Assembly (NCBI RefSeq): GCF_009914755.1
Contig: NC_060925.1
Length of the DNA stretch: 64,000 nucleotides
Source of the DNA: the human T2T-CHM13v2.0 reference genome, Homo sapiens
Direction: 5' to 3' (one strand)
Shown in pieces: positions 46,098 to 63,999 of this stretch; within the stretch, counting starts at the first letter, position 1, and each line of letters starts with the position of its first letter. The notes under the pieces were generated by a model, which saw only the letters and a program-made list of their open reading frames with translations, ran no database searches and was not told the DNA's origin. The position numbers and the translations under genes were made by a program.

Positions 46098-49000
46098 GGA
46101 TACCCTGAGACTCAATAGTTCCATTTCTAGATCTACTCCCTAGAGCACTGGGTCACCATTCTATAAGACCCAAAATCATCCTTTTACAGAAAATATTTTC
46201 AACTTACCTATACATATAACTAAACAATAAACCAATATCCTAATTAAAGTTTGAAAAAATACAGAAATACTTTATAAGAAAATACATATTTCTAACATGT
46301 AAATGCTTGGGCAAGACTACACTGGAAGATATATTTGCACCTATACACAGAATCTATGTGAAATGGGCAGTTTCAAACGTGAGATGATAAACATCCCACA
46401 CTAGCAACTCAAACACCACAAGCAGCATTGCCTCTGGTGCCATGATTTTCCAAAAAAAGTAAACTCTTAGCAGAGCACCAAACCCAACAAAGTGTACTCT
46501 TTCCTCAATTTACATGGCAATTGCATTACTGTAAAATGCGTTTTAAAAACCTTTTAAAAAGACTTTGTGTTTATAAATAAACAGATAATTGATTATCAAC
46601 TGCTATTATGTTATTAACCTCCAGTAATTATAAACAGGTTTTTCATCTACATATTCAATGAGACATTCAAGTCATGCAGGATACCGAACAATTAATACCA
46701 CAGGACTCCCCAACCACTGTGACAAACAAAAGTAGTCTAGTCAATTTGTAAAATGCTCCCTAGGGCACACAATACACCCCTGAGAACAACAGACACAATG
46801 ATACTAGGAAATATGTGCAAATATATTCATTGAAACATTGTTTTGAATAATAAAAAGCATTAACTACTAGTATTTAATAAAAAGTCCATTAAGAGAGGAA
46901 CAAAAATTATATCACTGTTAATATAAACATATACCATTTTATACTAATGAAGGAAATGAACTAGACCTGCAAGAATCAACACTGAAAAATCTCAAAAACA
47001 GTGAATCAGAAAAAGCAGGTTGCAGAAGGATACATACAAGTAAGATACTATTTGTGCAAAATTTAAAAACAAAACTACAGCATAGGTTATACACAGACAT
47101 ACACAAATACTTAGTAATAAGTACAAAAATCTGAACAAACAATACACTACAACTTCAGGATATTAGTTATTTTAAGGAAGGTAGGGAGGAAAAAGTGGTC
47201 AGGAAGAGGTAAAAGGTACAGAGGAGGCCTCACCTACATGCAACATTATATTTCTTAAAAACAAAAATCTGCAGCAAACATGTAAAATTTATCATTTGTT
47301 AAATGGGGGGTGGGGCATCAAAGGATTCAGTTTTTTTTTTCTATAAATTTGAACTATTTTATAGTTAAAATTTTTTAAAGTCTATATTCCAGCGAAATTT
47401 ACCACCAACTGTGGCTTAACTGTGACTGAGACACTACCTACAGTAACCTGGATAAGGATCACAAAGATAAATGTTCAGATGAGTAGTGATTGAAAGAAGC
47501 CAGATCTGTCTGCCACAGTGCTATCATTAGTTTCAGTTAGGTAATGAGATGAAGTGAGAATTACATGCAATCCCAAATTGACACTATTACTTTACCTCCA
47601 ATATCTTCCATTTTCCCAAATAAGCTCATAAAAATTGAAATATTAAATATAAAAAGAAGGTAAAGAGATAAAGCAGCAATAATACTTCTTCCCATCAAAG
47701 ACAAAAGTTTTAAAGATTTAAAATGTAAGTGATGGAAAATATAATTCTTTTGATGCTCTTTAAAAACAAGTTACTTAGCATACTATGTCATTCTCCAAAG
47801 ACTCATTGAGAAAAGTCACTTTCCTCTTAGCAATATATTTTCTCTCATGTCATATGGCTCTGTTGGGCAACATAAAATGTTGTGTGACACATCCAAACCT
47901 TTCTATGTTTTTACTTTCATATTACTAAAGTATTACACAGATGAGATTACCACTAACACAAAACTTCAGCAAAAAGTAAGCATGGAAGGGGTAGAGAAGA
48001 ATGAGATTGCAACTTTCAACAGGCAATCAAAGATAACACCTAGTTTCCAGTTTATAGTAATTGGGAAAAAACTGAATGTCACCACAAAAAGAAGAAAAAA
48101 TCAGGCAATAATACAACATGAACTATTCTGTAACCGAGCCAAGTATGTTCAAAAGGTAATGTCCACAAAAAGATTTTTACAAGAATGAATATTCATAATA
48201 GTATTATCCAATAATAACCATAACCTGGCAACAACCCAAACAACCATCAACAAGAGAATGGATAGCATCAGAGTAAAAAGCTTCTACACAGCAAAGGAAA
48301 CCACTAACAGTAAACATACAGAATGGAGAAAATCTGATAAGCGGTTAATATCCAAAATATGTAAGGACCCAAACTCAATAGCAAGAAAACAAAAAACCTA
48401 ATTTTAAAAATGGGCAAGAGGTCTGACTAGATATCTCAAATGGCCAACAGGTGTATGAAAAGGTGCTTACCATCTCTAATCATCAGGGAAATGCAAATCA
48501 AAAATATAATAAGATATGCCCTCGCACATGTTAGAACGACTACTATAATAAATTCAAAAAATTGTAAGTGTTGGAAAGAATGTGGAGAAAGGGGAACCCT
48601 TGTACACCGTTGGTAGAAATGTAAATTAGAAGAGCCATTACAAAAAGCATATTTCCTCAAATAATTTAAAAAAAGAAAAATTTCCTCAAATAATTAAAAA
48701 ATAGAACTACCATATAATCCAGCAATCTCACTTCTGGGTATGTATCCAAAGGAAATTAGTATATGGAAGAGATCTGCACTCTCATATTCATTGCTGCATT
48801 ATTCACCATACTCATGATATGGAAGCAACCTAAGTGTCCATCAACGAATGAATGGATAAAGAAAATGTGGTAGGTGTGTGTGTGAGGGGGTGTGTGTGTA
48901 CACTATTCCGATTTCTATCACTATGGATTACTTTGCCAGTACTTAAACTTCACATTGGAGCCACATAGTATGTGATATTTAGTATCTGACTTCTTTTGCT

Positions 49001-50138
49001 CAGCATGTTCTTGAGATTCATCCATGTTGTTGGTTCTATCAGTAGTACCTTTGAATTGTGGAGTAGTATTCTATTGTATGTGTATACTACAATATATTTA
49101 TCCATTCTTTTTTGTCAAAACTTACATATATTTACACTGTACAAAGTGATGTTTTGCTACAGGTATGTACACTGTGAAATGATTAATTCAAGCTAATTAA
49201 CATTTCCATCATCTCCTATACTTATTTCTCTCTGGAAAGCAGTTCTGTCTGGAATGGACCTGAAAGGGGAACAAGGGAATTGCGAGGGGTGATGGAAGTG
49301 TTCCAAATCTTGATCTGGGTGATGGTGACATGAGTGTATGAATTGACCAAAACCAACTGAGGAAAAAAAAGGAACATTGTGGGAATAAAAAAAAAATAGA
49401 ACTGCTCTATATTAAAATGAACTACAAAGACCTATCAATCAAATGATTAAAGGTAATATATAAACCTTGACTGGATCCCGGTTTGAAAAAGTTAACTATG
49501 GAACTCATGTTTGGGACAACCAGAAAAACTTGAATATGAACTAAATATTAAGAATTTCTCACCAATTATCTTAGGTGTAATAATGGTGTTGGGGTTATAC
49601 AGAACAATCTCCTTATTTTTTAATTTTATTTACGTATGTATTTATTTAAGAGACAGGGTCTCACTGTGTTGCCCAGGCTGGAGTGCAGGGCTACTCACAG
49701 GTGTGCTCACAGCATACTACAGCTTCAAACTCCTGGGCTCAGGTAATCCTCCTGCCTCAGTCCCCTGAGTAGCTGGAACTACAGGTGCCTGTCATCATAC
49801 CCAGCTAATATCCTTATTTTTAGAAGACACATGCTGAAGTACTTACAGGTGGAGTATCATTATGTCAATTTATTTTCAATTTTTAGCAAAAAAATAAAAA
49901 ATTTATACATAAACATACACATACATATAGACAAATCAAATTAATGTACATGGTCATGGGTTACAGTTATTCATTGAACTATTCTTCTAAGTACTCTGTA
50001 TGTTTGAAAAATTTCATTTAAAAAGTTGGGGAGAAAGATGCCAGTTTTAATAGATACAGAGTGATCTCCAGGACATACTGAACGAAGAAAAGCAAAGGTA
50101 CAGAATAGTTTATACGCTACCTATTTCATAAAAACAAA

Positions 50139-50169
<31 letters not shown>

Positions 50170-52627
50170 GTTGTGTGGTATGTGAGAGAGAGTTTGTGTA
50201 TCTGTTTATATCAAAACCAGTGAAAATGGTTAAAGCAGATGAGTATAGGTGGGAAATAGTTTTGAGCCTGGAAGCAACACTTCTCTGAGTATATCATGTT
50301 ATAGTCTTGAACTTGAACCATGTAAATGTAAAAAGGAAATAGACAAGAAAGGAACTAAAATCAAAATGAAGATGTTAAAAATATCTAGGGTCATATAACC
50401 TTTCTATTCAATCAAAGCCAAATTAATCAATCAATCAAACATGTTTAACTTTTACGTCTGCTAGTGGGGTTTTTTTTGTGGGGGGGGCGGTCAGGGGCGT
50501 TGTTTGTTTGCTCCTTCTGAGCATCAGAGCCATTTTAAAAGGCTTTTGTTGTTCAAAAATTCGGGAACATTTTGCACATCTGCTTCTAAACAGTTGTGCA
50601 ATCCTAGATAAATAATAGCCATGCTGAGCATCGATTTTCTTGGCTGTAAAAAGGGATTGAATCCAATGATTTCCATCTAAGATGTCTCGGAACTATAAAA
50701 TTCTGTGACTTAAATGTTTGTTGGGGAAAAATATTATTTCCACCATCATAGTTTTCTTTAGCTCTGATAAGTAACAAAGCTCCGTTATACAGTGAATTAC
50801 ACAGTCATTCACTTTTCTGCAATACAACTAATACTCAGGAGAAATGTAGCTATTCCTCCGACTCCTTCAAGCAGTAATCAGTTACAACAGAGTACTTCCT
50901 CTTAGAAAGTTTGTATTGGCAACGTTAGGGAAGCTGCAGCCAGCCAGTCAGGCAGCTGCGCTCACCAGACTGCTAAACACCATTAGTTGGCAGGAGGAGG
51001 AAGAAGCCAGTAACAAAATCTATTAAGGCTGAACTCTGAAGGAGTTTCACTAACTTGTGTCCTGGGCCAAGGGATCGAGAAAGTTTCGTGCATTCTTCTT
51101 GCTAAACTAATTTTACTTTACAAAAAGTTGTCAAAAATGGCAGCTTTGGGAGGAAAACAAGCAAAGCTAGGGCTATGGAGTTTCCGAGAAAAATCTCTGC
51201 AGGCTTGAAGATAAAGGGAGAGTCCAAGAAAATTTCTACTTCACCACCACTGCCTCACACTCTGCCCCACGCACACTTGCCTTCTTTAAGACCTAACAAA
51301 AGACCTAAAACAGTCCTGTGATTTTCCTAGGGGTTTAAGTTCTGTGCTGCAGCAACCTCATTCTAACGTGACGAAGGCCAGCCAGGAAAGGCGGGAAGCT
51401 GCAAGCACGGGTTAAGTGGAGCCTGGCCAGTAGGGTGTACAGGAAGGAAATGCAGAGGGCTCCTGGCTGCAGCACCCAGGAGAGTAATGGTAATATTTCA
51501 GCACTCTCAACCCCCAAGTTTTCCTAGGAGATCAAACAGAAGGCAATATACATAAGAAGACTTACTGAGTAAGAAGGAGCGAAGAGACCGAATGGTGAAT
51601 TTTGGTTCCAAACTCCGTACAGGTCTGTGCCTGCAGGACTAAAACGGGGTGTGGAAAGGGTCTTGTGGAGATTTCCTCCAGAACAGACAAGCGGGAGTAT
51701 TCCTCTAAACAGGGGAATGAGAGGGTTCTCTAAAGAATGCAGGGGAAGAAGTTCAAAACCCTTGGAAGTCTTCTGAGATCAACAAGGGGAATAGAGTTTT
51801 CTCCTAGCATGGAGAGGTCCAGCCCCTTCACTGGATGAGTGGGGTTCTCTGCCCCAGCTGGACTTCCACAGGAGGATGGAGGAAAGCATCCTCTTGAGCA
51901 AGTCTGGAGAGTGAAGGGGTGGGGTTGCAAGGTTGGAGAAGGAGGTGTTTCCCTCATAAAAATGACTGGGCCTTTCTTGCAATGGCTGGCACAAAGTCGG
52001 AAGGGTCTGGGGACGGGAGGGGCCTGAAGTGATTTCTGAGGAGTTGGGTTTTTCCTGTAAGGCCCTGGGAGGGAAGGCAAGGTACTTTGCGCAATGACAC
52101 ATTTCAGTTGTTGGATGTGAAGATTCTCCTTCGAAGACAGAATAAAGAAAGGCCCCTTCATTAATGCGGGTTTGAAACTGGTCTGAAATGGTGTGCCTGC
52201 AGGGATTCGGGAGGAAATGCGACGCCCACCCCCAGACTTGGGAAAGGCGGGGGCAATAATTCTCTAAGAGAACTGGAGCCCGAAAGAGGAATGAAAAGCC
52301 CCCGCGCCGCGCACATACACTCTCTCTCACTGGAAAGTTAGGAGCGAGGAAAGAACTCTGAAGTGATTTGGGAACGATCTGAAAGCGCGCAAGTTGGAAG
52401 TCGGGTTGAAGCCAGCATAGCGGAGCAGGGGTCAGGCCTCTGCGTGGCCGGAGTGGGAGAGCGCTTCTGAGAACAAGATGGGGCAGGACCGAAGGGGCGT
52501 GAGGTCGACGCTCCCTAGGGATGATTCGGAGGGTGAAGGAGGTTTGGGGGTGGTTCCGGGCTCTCGGAGGTGACTGAGGGAGTCCCTGAGCCAATGCCCG
52601 GGGGTGGGAGGCGCTACCGGTACTCAC

Positions 52628-52678
52628 TGAGCTGATCTCCAGCGCCAGGGCGCACTGCAGCGCCTTCACCTTCGGCAT
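52628..52678 (-). CDS. SPATA6: SPATA6 coding exon 1 (MPKVKALQCALALEISS, 51 nt, phase 0)
   Basis: ATG at 52678 (-). The peptide matches the SPATA6 N-terminus as I recall it. A canonical donor GTGAGTA follows (52627-52621). The exon lies in a CpG island. Confidence 0.95.
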
Positions 52679-52866
52679 CCGTGCGGGGTGGGGCGGCGGG
52701 GAGTGACCCCGGCCACGGGCCCGAGTGAGGCGGGGAGACCTGGGGCTGGGCGGGGACGGGGAGGAGACGAGGTGGCGGCGGCGGTGGCAGCAGTGGCCCC
52801 CAGGCCGGGGCCCGCGGTCCAGCCTGGGTTCCGCCGGAGAAGCAGCTGAGCGCGGGGCGCAGACTC

Positions 52867-52880
52867 GTTGTCATGGCAGC
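52867..52880. promoter_or_regulatory. RFX X-box-like motif GTTGTCATGGCAGC
   Basis: 12/14 match to the palindromic X-box GTTGCCATGGCAAC, about 190 bp upstream of the ATG. Confidence 0.65.
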
Positions 52881-53040
52881 CAGGAGGGGCGGGGCCGGAA
52901 GAGAGGCCGCGCGGGGCACTCCAGGGCTACCCGCGCTGGGACGAGCGCTGGAGGCGGAGCTTGACGAACGCCGAGCGAGGCGGAGTCGGGCAGGGGGCGG
53001 GGCTTCCGAAGGGGCGGGGTGAGGCAAGGCAGCTCTTCTG

Positions 53041-53048
53041 TGACGTCA
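53041..53048. promoter_or_regulatory. Full palindromic CRE (TGACGTCA)
   Basis: Exact CREB/CREM consensus inside the promoter CpG island. Confidence 0.7.
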
Positions 53049-55122
53049 AACTGCGCCCAAAGCCGGACGAAAGGGAGCTGCTGTTTGTATAATGGGACGG
53101 TGCTCTGTTCAGGGAGTTGGAGTTCCTGTAAGGCCGTCGGAGGGAACCCCTGAGTTACAACGTGGTGATGGCACCTTGGGCTAGTGGCGACCCACTGTGG
53201 CCTCAGTTTTCCCAATTGTAAAAGAATAATAATTATTGTTAGTCCTCCTATTTAAATTTCACGGCACGGTTTACAAAGCCAGCATAAGGATACTGGGAAT
53301 TAGGGAAGAGACTTGCCCAAATCAAAGTCGGAACCAGGACTGGAACCCAGGAGCTCTCAAGTTAAACCCCAGTTGCCTCCCTGAGGAGAGGGGCTTGCAT
53401 CAGATGGTCCATACTCCTAGTCTCCTATTCTGTGATTCCCTTTGTTAGCGCGTTCCCTTTTCCCTTCAAATTTTCCTGTCTAATTCACCCATGTATGCGT
53501 CTTAATGCATATTGCTTAAGTGGAACTGTCAATGAGGTGCCAACAATAAGTCCAGCTGTGAAGGGCCTGACAATAGACCATCAAAGATAAAAAGAACCTA
53601 AGAGATTGCCCAATCCAATCATGTTAAAAATCATTTGTATTGCAAAATACATTATACATGCAGAAGTGTATAAAACACGTTTATCTTAATAATAATGTGA
53701 ACAGTACCTGTACAACTAGCACCCGGTTAAGAAATAAAACATTACCAGCACCTGAAAAATGCCCCCAACGATTACATTGCCTTTCTCGCCCTGGAGTAAC
53801 CACTACCCTGACTTTTGTACAATAATTCTCTTCCTTTTGCCATTCATGTATGCATTTCTAAACAAGATATTGTTTAATGTTTTCCGGTATTGATAGTATA
53901 TAAATGGTATTAATACTGTATGTATTCTTCTGTGATTTGCTTCTCCCACTTAATATTATGCCACCGGTGATGCTGTGTAGCTGAAGTTTTTTCCATTGCT
54001 GGACAGTATTCCAATATAGATTGATTTATCCTTCCTACTATCAATGATCACTTACACTGTTTTCATTTTTAGCTATTATTAACAATGTTGTGAACATTGT
54101 AGTACAAGTCTGTGTCTATTAATGCACATGTACTAGCGTAGGAGTGGGTTAGCTGGGTATTAGGGTTTTGCACATGTGGGTCTTTAAAAAGTAAGACCAC
54201 ACCATTTTCCAAAGTAGTGTACCTATTTATGTTTCTGGTGCTTATGTATAAGAGTTCTTATTTTTCCACATCATCAGCAACATTTGTGTTTGGATTTTTA
54301 ACTTTTGTATATTTGGATGTGTGTATTTTAGGTATTTCATTGTGGTTTTATCTTGAATCTCTGGGTACTGTTGAGGTTGAGTACCTTTGGTTTTGTTAGC
54401 CTTTCCATTATCTCTTATTGAACTGCCAAGTAGTTATCTTGCCCCCTTTTCTGTTGGTCTCTCTCTCAGTTCTTTATATACTCTGGATAATAATTATATG
54501 TCTACTCTATATGTTGCAAATATCCTTTCCACTTTGTGTTTGTATTTTAATTTTACATATAGTCTGTGATGAACAGAAGATAAATTGTTGTCATGGAGTA
54601 TGAGTATTCTCAGTTTGACCATATAATTCCAAGTTGCTATCCAGAATGCCATACCAGTCTATGCTCCCAATATTCGAAGGTTACTATGGCCCCACATTCT
54701 TCCCAGGCTTGGCATTATCAAGGGTTCTTGTTTTCCCCCAACATAACAGATGTAAAGTGTTATCTCACTATTGAATTTTTCAGATTACTGATGAGTCTGA
54801 GCATGTCTGTATATGCTTATAAGATTTTCTATCTTTACTAAAAATCATCTGCTCATAATGCTTTACCCCATATTCTATCAGGATTTTTGTCTTTTTTTTA
54901 GGAATTTTGTGTATTCTGGTTAGTTAATAAATTAATTCTAAGACACTACAAAAATCTTCTCTCTTTATGGTATTTTTATGAACTTTGCCCAGGATTTTGT
55001 TTTGTTTTGGGGTTTTTTGGGTGTTTTTTGTTTTGTTTTGTTTTTGACAGGGTTTTACCCGTCACCCAGGCTCTGGAGTGCACTAGCACAATCTCGGCCC
55101 ACAGCAACCTCTGCTTACCCAG

Positions 55123-58012
<2,890 letters not shown>

Positions 58013-58061
58013 TAAATCAATCATTTTTGCCTTATATTTGTGTTGTGTTTTTAACATTTTA

Positions 58062-58259
<198 letters not shown>

Positions 58260-58766
58260 TCAAACATACTGTATTTTCTGTTTTCTTATATTAACTTTAT
58301 AGTTTACCTTTCACATTTTGATGTTTAATCTATTAAGACTCAATTTTTGTACATGACGTTAAACAGTAATCCAGGATTCACTTTCTTGTTGTTGTTGTTT
58401 TCCCCTTTAAAAATGTATGCTAGATTTTCCAACAATACCTACTAAACATTCTATGCTTCCCCTCATTGATTTGTGGTGCTACCTTTCTTATGTATTAACT
58501 ACCAAAGTTCTGATTTCAACCTTGCTCTTCTGTTCCAGTCTTCTATTTGTCTATTCTTGCAACAGTACCACACTGCTTCTATTTATTACTATGGCTTCTG
58601 TTTGGCAAGTCTCCTTTTTTAGGAGATAGATTTAGCTATTTGTGATCCTTCATTGCTTCTTTTTATTTTAGAGTAATTTTATCAAGTTCCTCAAATAGTC
58701 CAGCTGGAATTTTGACAATGATACATTAAACTTATAGATTAATTCAGGGAATTGACATCTTTGTAA

Positions 58767-59108
<342 letters not shown>

Positions 59109-59337
59109 TGGACTGTATCTCTATCAGACATAGTCTATGTCCTTCAAGTTTTGTCCATAGAGATCTTATGTAATTCCTAGGTATTTAACTATAGTTTTTT
59201 CTTTATAATATTGAGAATAGTTTCTTAAGTTTTAATTATTTTTACTAGTTTGTTATTGCAATTATACAGAAATTTTGTCTTTATAAGTTAATCCTGGCAA
59301 ATCTGTTAAAGCCTTGCTGATTGAAATAGTTTCTCTG

Positions 59338-60956
59338 GCCCCTTTCCCTTCTCCCTTCTCCCTTCTCCCTTCTCCCTGCTTCTCCCTTCTCCCTCTCCCT
59401 CTCCCCATGGCCCACAGTCTCCCTCTCCTTCTCTTTCCATGGTCTCCCTCTGATGCCCAGCCGAAGCTGGACTGTACTGCTGCCATCGCGGCTCACTGCA
59501 ACCTCCCTGCCTGATTCTCCTGCCTCAGCCTGCCGCGTGCCTGCGATTACAGGTGCGCGCCGCCATGCCTGACTGGTTTTCATACTTTTTTGGTGGAGAC
59601 GGGGTTTCGCTGTGTTGGCCGGGCTGGTCTCCAGCTCCTAACCGCGAGTGATCTGCCAGCCTCGGCCTCCCGAGGTGCCGCGATTGCAGACGGAGTCTGG
59701 TTCACTCAGTGCTCAATGGTGCCCAGGCTGGAGTGCAGTGGCGTGATCTCGGCTCGCTACAACCTCCACCTCCCAGCCGCCTGCCTTGGCCTCCCAAAGT
59801 GCCGAGATTGCAGCCTCTGCCCGGCCGCCACCCCGTCTGGGAAGTGAGGAGCGTCTCTGCCTGGCCGCCCATCGTCTGGGACGTGAGGAGCCCCTCTGCC
59901 TGGCTGCCCAGTCTGGAAAGTGAGGAGCGTCTCTGCCCGGCCGCCATCCCATCTAGGAAGTGAGGAGCGTCTCTGCCCGGCTGCCCACCGCCTGAGATGT
60001 GGGGAGCGCCTCTGCCCCGCCGCCCCATCTGGGATGTGAGGAGCGCCTCTGCCCGGCCGCGACCCCGTCTGGGAGGTGAGGAGCGTCTCTGCCCGGCCGC
60101 CCCATCTGAGAAGTGAGGAGACCCTCCGCCTGGCAACCGTCCTGTCTGAGAAGTGAGGAGCCCCTCCGCCCGGCAGCCACCCCGTCTGGGAAGTGAGGAG
60201 CGTCTCCGCCCGGCAGCCACCCTGTCCGGGAGGGAGGTGGGGGTCAGCCCCTTCCAGGCCAGCCGCCCCGTCCGGGAGGGAGGTGGGGGGGTCAGCCCCC
60301 CGCCCGGCCAGCCACCCCGTCCGGGAGGTGAGGGGCGCCTCTGCCCGGCCGCCCCTACTGGGAAGTGAGGAGCCCCTCTGCCCGGCCAGCCGCCCCGTCT
60401 GGGAGGTGTACCCAACAGCTCATTGAGAACGGGCCGGGACGACAATGGCGGTTTTGTGGAATAGAAAGGGGGGAAAGGTGGGGAAAAGGTTGAGAAATCG
60501 GATGGTTGCCGTGTCTGTGTAGAAAGAAGTAGTCATGGGAGACTTTTCATTTTGTTCTGTACCAAGAAAAATTCTTCTGCCTTGGGATCCTGTTGATCGG
60601 TGACCTTACCCCCAACCCTGTGCTCTCTGAAACATGTGCTGTGTCCACTCGGTTAAATGGATTAAGGGCGGTGCAAGATGTGCTTTGTTAAACAGATGCT
60701 TGAAGGCAGCATGCTCGTTAAGAATCATCACCACTCCCTAATCTCAAGTACCCAGGGACACAAACACTGCGGAAGGCCGCAGGGTCCTCTGCCTAGGAAA
60801 ACCAGAGACCTTTGTTCACTTGTTTATCTGCTGACCTTCCCTCCACTATTGTCCTATGACCCTGCCAACTCCCCCTCTGCGAGAAACACCCAAGAATGAT
60901 CAATAAAAAAAAAAAAGAAGAAAAGAAAAAAAAAACAAAGTGGAAAAAAAAAAAAA
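59338..60956 (+). mobile_element. Full-length SVA (SVA_D-like)
   Basis: Degenerate CCCTCT hexamers, antisense Alu-like domain, GC-rich VNTR (~59820-60410), SINE-R, AATAAA at 60902 and A-tail. 15-bp TSD GAAATAGTTTCTCTG at 59323-59337 and 60957-60971. Confidence 0.96.
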
Positions 60957-61016
60957 GAAATAGTTTCTCTGTTCCATTGTTAGTATTAATATTATTCTCA
61001 CAGAGATGATAAGCAC

Positions 61017-61528
61017 TACACTGATTTTTCATTGCTAACATAACAAATTACCATAAACTTAGTGGCTTAAACAACATAAATTTATTATCTTTTAGTTGTG
61101 TAGGTCAGAAGTCCAATACAAGTTTTGCTGGATTAACATCATGGGGTCAGTAGGGCTGGATTCCTTTCTGAATGCTCTAGGAGAAAATCCATTTTCTTGT
61201 CCTTTCCAACTTGTAAAAGCCATTAGCTTTCCTCAGCTCATAGTCCCCTTCTTCTAGCTTCAAAGTTAGCAATTCCTCATTCAGCCTTTCTCACATTACA
61301 TCACTCTAACCTACTCTTCTACTTCACTCTTCCACTTTTAAGGACCCTTGTGGTTACACTGAGCCTACAAAGATAACCAGGGTAATCTCCTTATCTAAAG
61401 GTCAGCTGATTAGCCACTTTAATTCTATTGATTGCCTTAATTCTCTTTTCCATGTAAGATAACATAGTCACAGATTTCAGAAATAAGGACATGGACATCT
61501 TTGGGGGTTCATTATTCTGCCTGCCACA
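61017..61528 (-). mobile_element. MLT1 (MaLR) LTR
   Basis: TAACAAATTACCATAAACTTAGTGGCTTAAACAAC...ATTCTGCCTGCCACA, the reverse-complement MLT1 pattern. Confidence 0.75.
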
Positions 61529-63683
61529 AATACCAAAACAAATAATAATTGTATTGCATTGAAGTACATCACATATGTTGAAAATTCATGAGTTGGTAAT
61601 GTTATTCAAAGGGAAAAAAGCATTGGTCAGATTTGGATGACTTTAAGAACCAGTTCATTCCAAAAACTGAGAAATAAAACGAATCAAGCATTTATCCTGA
61701 ATATCTTGTTTGAACTCTACCTCAGGGTGACCAAAGAGCTGATGAAAGAAAGTTCTTTATAGAAAAATCCCCACTATAAATGAATAAGAATAAAGAATTA
61801 GAATATTCTTGGCTGCTAAAAACCATTACTGAAAAGCTGATGAAGAATTTCATAATAGATTAGTCTGATAGCACTCAAACACACTGATCAATCTTAATAT
61901 CACAAAAAACAGTATGTCCTTTGAGATGATGCAATTAGAAGTACACAATATCACCATTCATGTCAAAAAAATCAAACTTGAATCTGATCAAGCATCCAAA
62001 TCTGTCACCAACATACAGGACATATAAAATGTAAAGTAACTCGTTAGACAAAACCATAGGGATGCAAGCAGCAAAATAAACACAATAGTATTTCTTCAAC
62101 AAATAAATTGCAAAGAAGACTTTATGTATTAAAAAGACTGAAGTAAACCTAATGTAAAGTGTTTATGAGACCATTGCAGATATTTGAATGCTACTGGATA
62201 CATGATCTTAAGGAATTATTGTTAAATGTTTAAGTATAATAGTAATACTAGGGTCCTGTTATTTTTTTAAAGAGCTCTTTCAAAAAAAGTGGTACACATT
62301 GAAGTATTTATGGATAAAATATGATGTCTGGGATTTGCTTCAGAATACTCCAAGCGAGGTTGGAAGTGGTAGTGATGGAAAGTAGGTGAAGGTATGGATG
62401 AAACAAATTAGCCACGTAATTGTTGAAGGCTAGTGCCAAGTATGCTGGAGTTGATTTTACTATTTTTTCCTACTTTTGTTTATGTTTAATTCCATATTAA
62501 CACATAAAAAGTAAATAGATATTGAACAGTGTCAAGTGCTCTTTCTATACTGATTATTGAGATAATCATATGAGCTTTCAACTTCAACCAATTTATGAAA
62601 TAAATTATATCAATAGTTTTTTCTGATGATGAACCTTTCTTGTAGCCCTGTACTGTTATTTTGTGAAAATGCTTCTGTATTGTTAGTTAATATTTTATTT
62701 AGGTTTTTGCATCATATTCATAAGAGAATTGGACCTATAATTTTTTTCTTTTATTGCCCTTTCCTGATTTTGGAATCTAGATTATACCAACCTCATAAAA
62801 TAAGAGCATATATAAAAGCAAATGCTCTTATCTTGCAGATCCCTGAACTGAGGAGGCAAGATCAGTTTGGCAGTTGAAGCAGCTGGAATCTGCAATTCAG
62901 AGAATCTAAGAAAAGACAACCCTGAAGAGAGAGACCCAGAAACCTAGCAGGAGTTTCTCCAAACATTCAAGGCTGAGGGATAAATGTTACATGCACAGGG
63001 TGAGCCTCCAGAGGCTTGTCCATTAGCAACTGCTACAGTTTCATTATCTCAGGGATCACAGATTGTGCTACCTATTGCCTACCATCTGAAAACAGTTGCT
63101 TCCTATATTTCATCCAGTTTAATATTTATTTAAACCAAGAAGGTTAATCTGGCACCAGCTATTCCGTTGTGAGTGGATGTGAAAGTACCAATTCCATTCT
63201 GTTTTACTATTAACTATCCTTTGCCTTAATATGTATCAGTAGGTGGCTTGTTGCTAGGAAATATTAAATGAATGGCATGTTTCATAGGTTGTGTTTAAAG
63301 TTGTTTTTTGAGTTAAATCTTTCTTTAATAGTACTTTCTGATGTCAAAAACACTTAGAAGTCATGGTGTTGAACATCTATATAGGGTTGGATCTAAAATA
63401 GCTTCTTAACCTTTCCTAACCACTGTTTTTGTTTGTTTGTTTTTAACTAAGCATCCAGTTTGGGAAATTCTGAATTAGGGGAATCATAAAAGGTTTCATT
63501 TTAGCTGGGCCACATAAGGAAAGTAAGATATCAAATTGTAAAAATCGTTAAGAACTTCTATCCCATCTGAAGTGTGGGTTAGGTGCCTCTTCTCTGTGCT
63601 CCCTTAACATCCTATTTTATCTGTATATATATATATTCTTCCAAATATCCATGGGAAAAAAAATCTGATCATAAAAATATTTT

Positions 63684-63999
<316 letters not shown>

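Larger units (their letters stand above)
52290..53170. promoter_or_regulatory. SPATA6: CpG island / SPATA6 promoter and 5' UTR
   Basis: High GC and CpG density around exon 1. Several GGGGCGGG boxes (~52887, ~52993, ~53011) and an ETS-like CCGGAAG (~52895). Confidence 0.9.

Noticed and set aside
51779-52627. 299-aa ORF starting at the SPATA6 ATG
   Set aside because: Only the first 17 codons are exon 1. The rest is read-through past a strong GTGAGT donor into GC-rich intron and resembles no protein I recognise.
59262-60899. Cluster of ORFs up to 247 aa
   Set aside because: All lie in the SVA hexamer, Alu-like, VNTR or SINE-R sequence.
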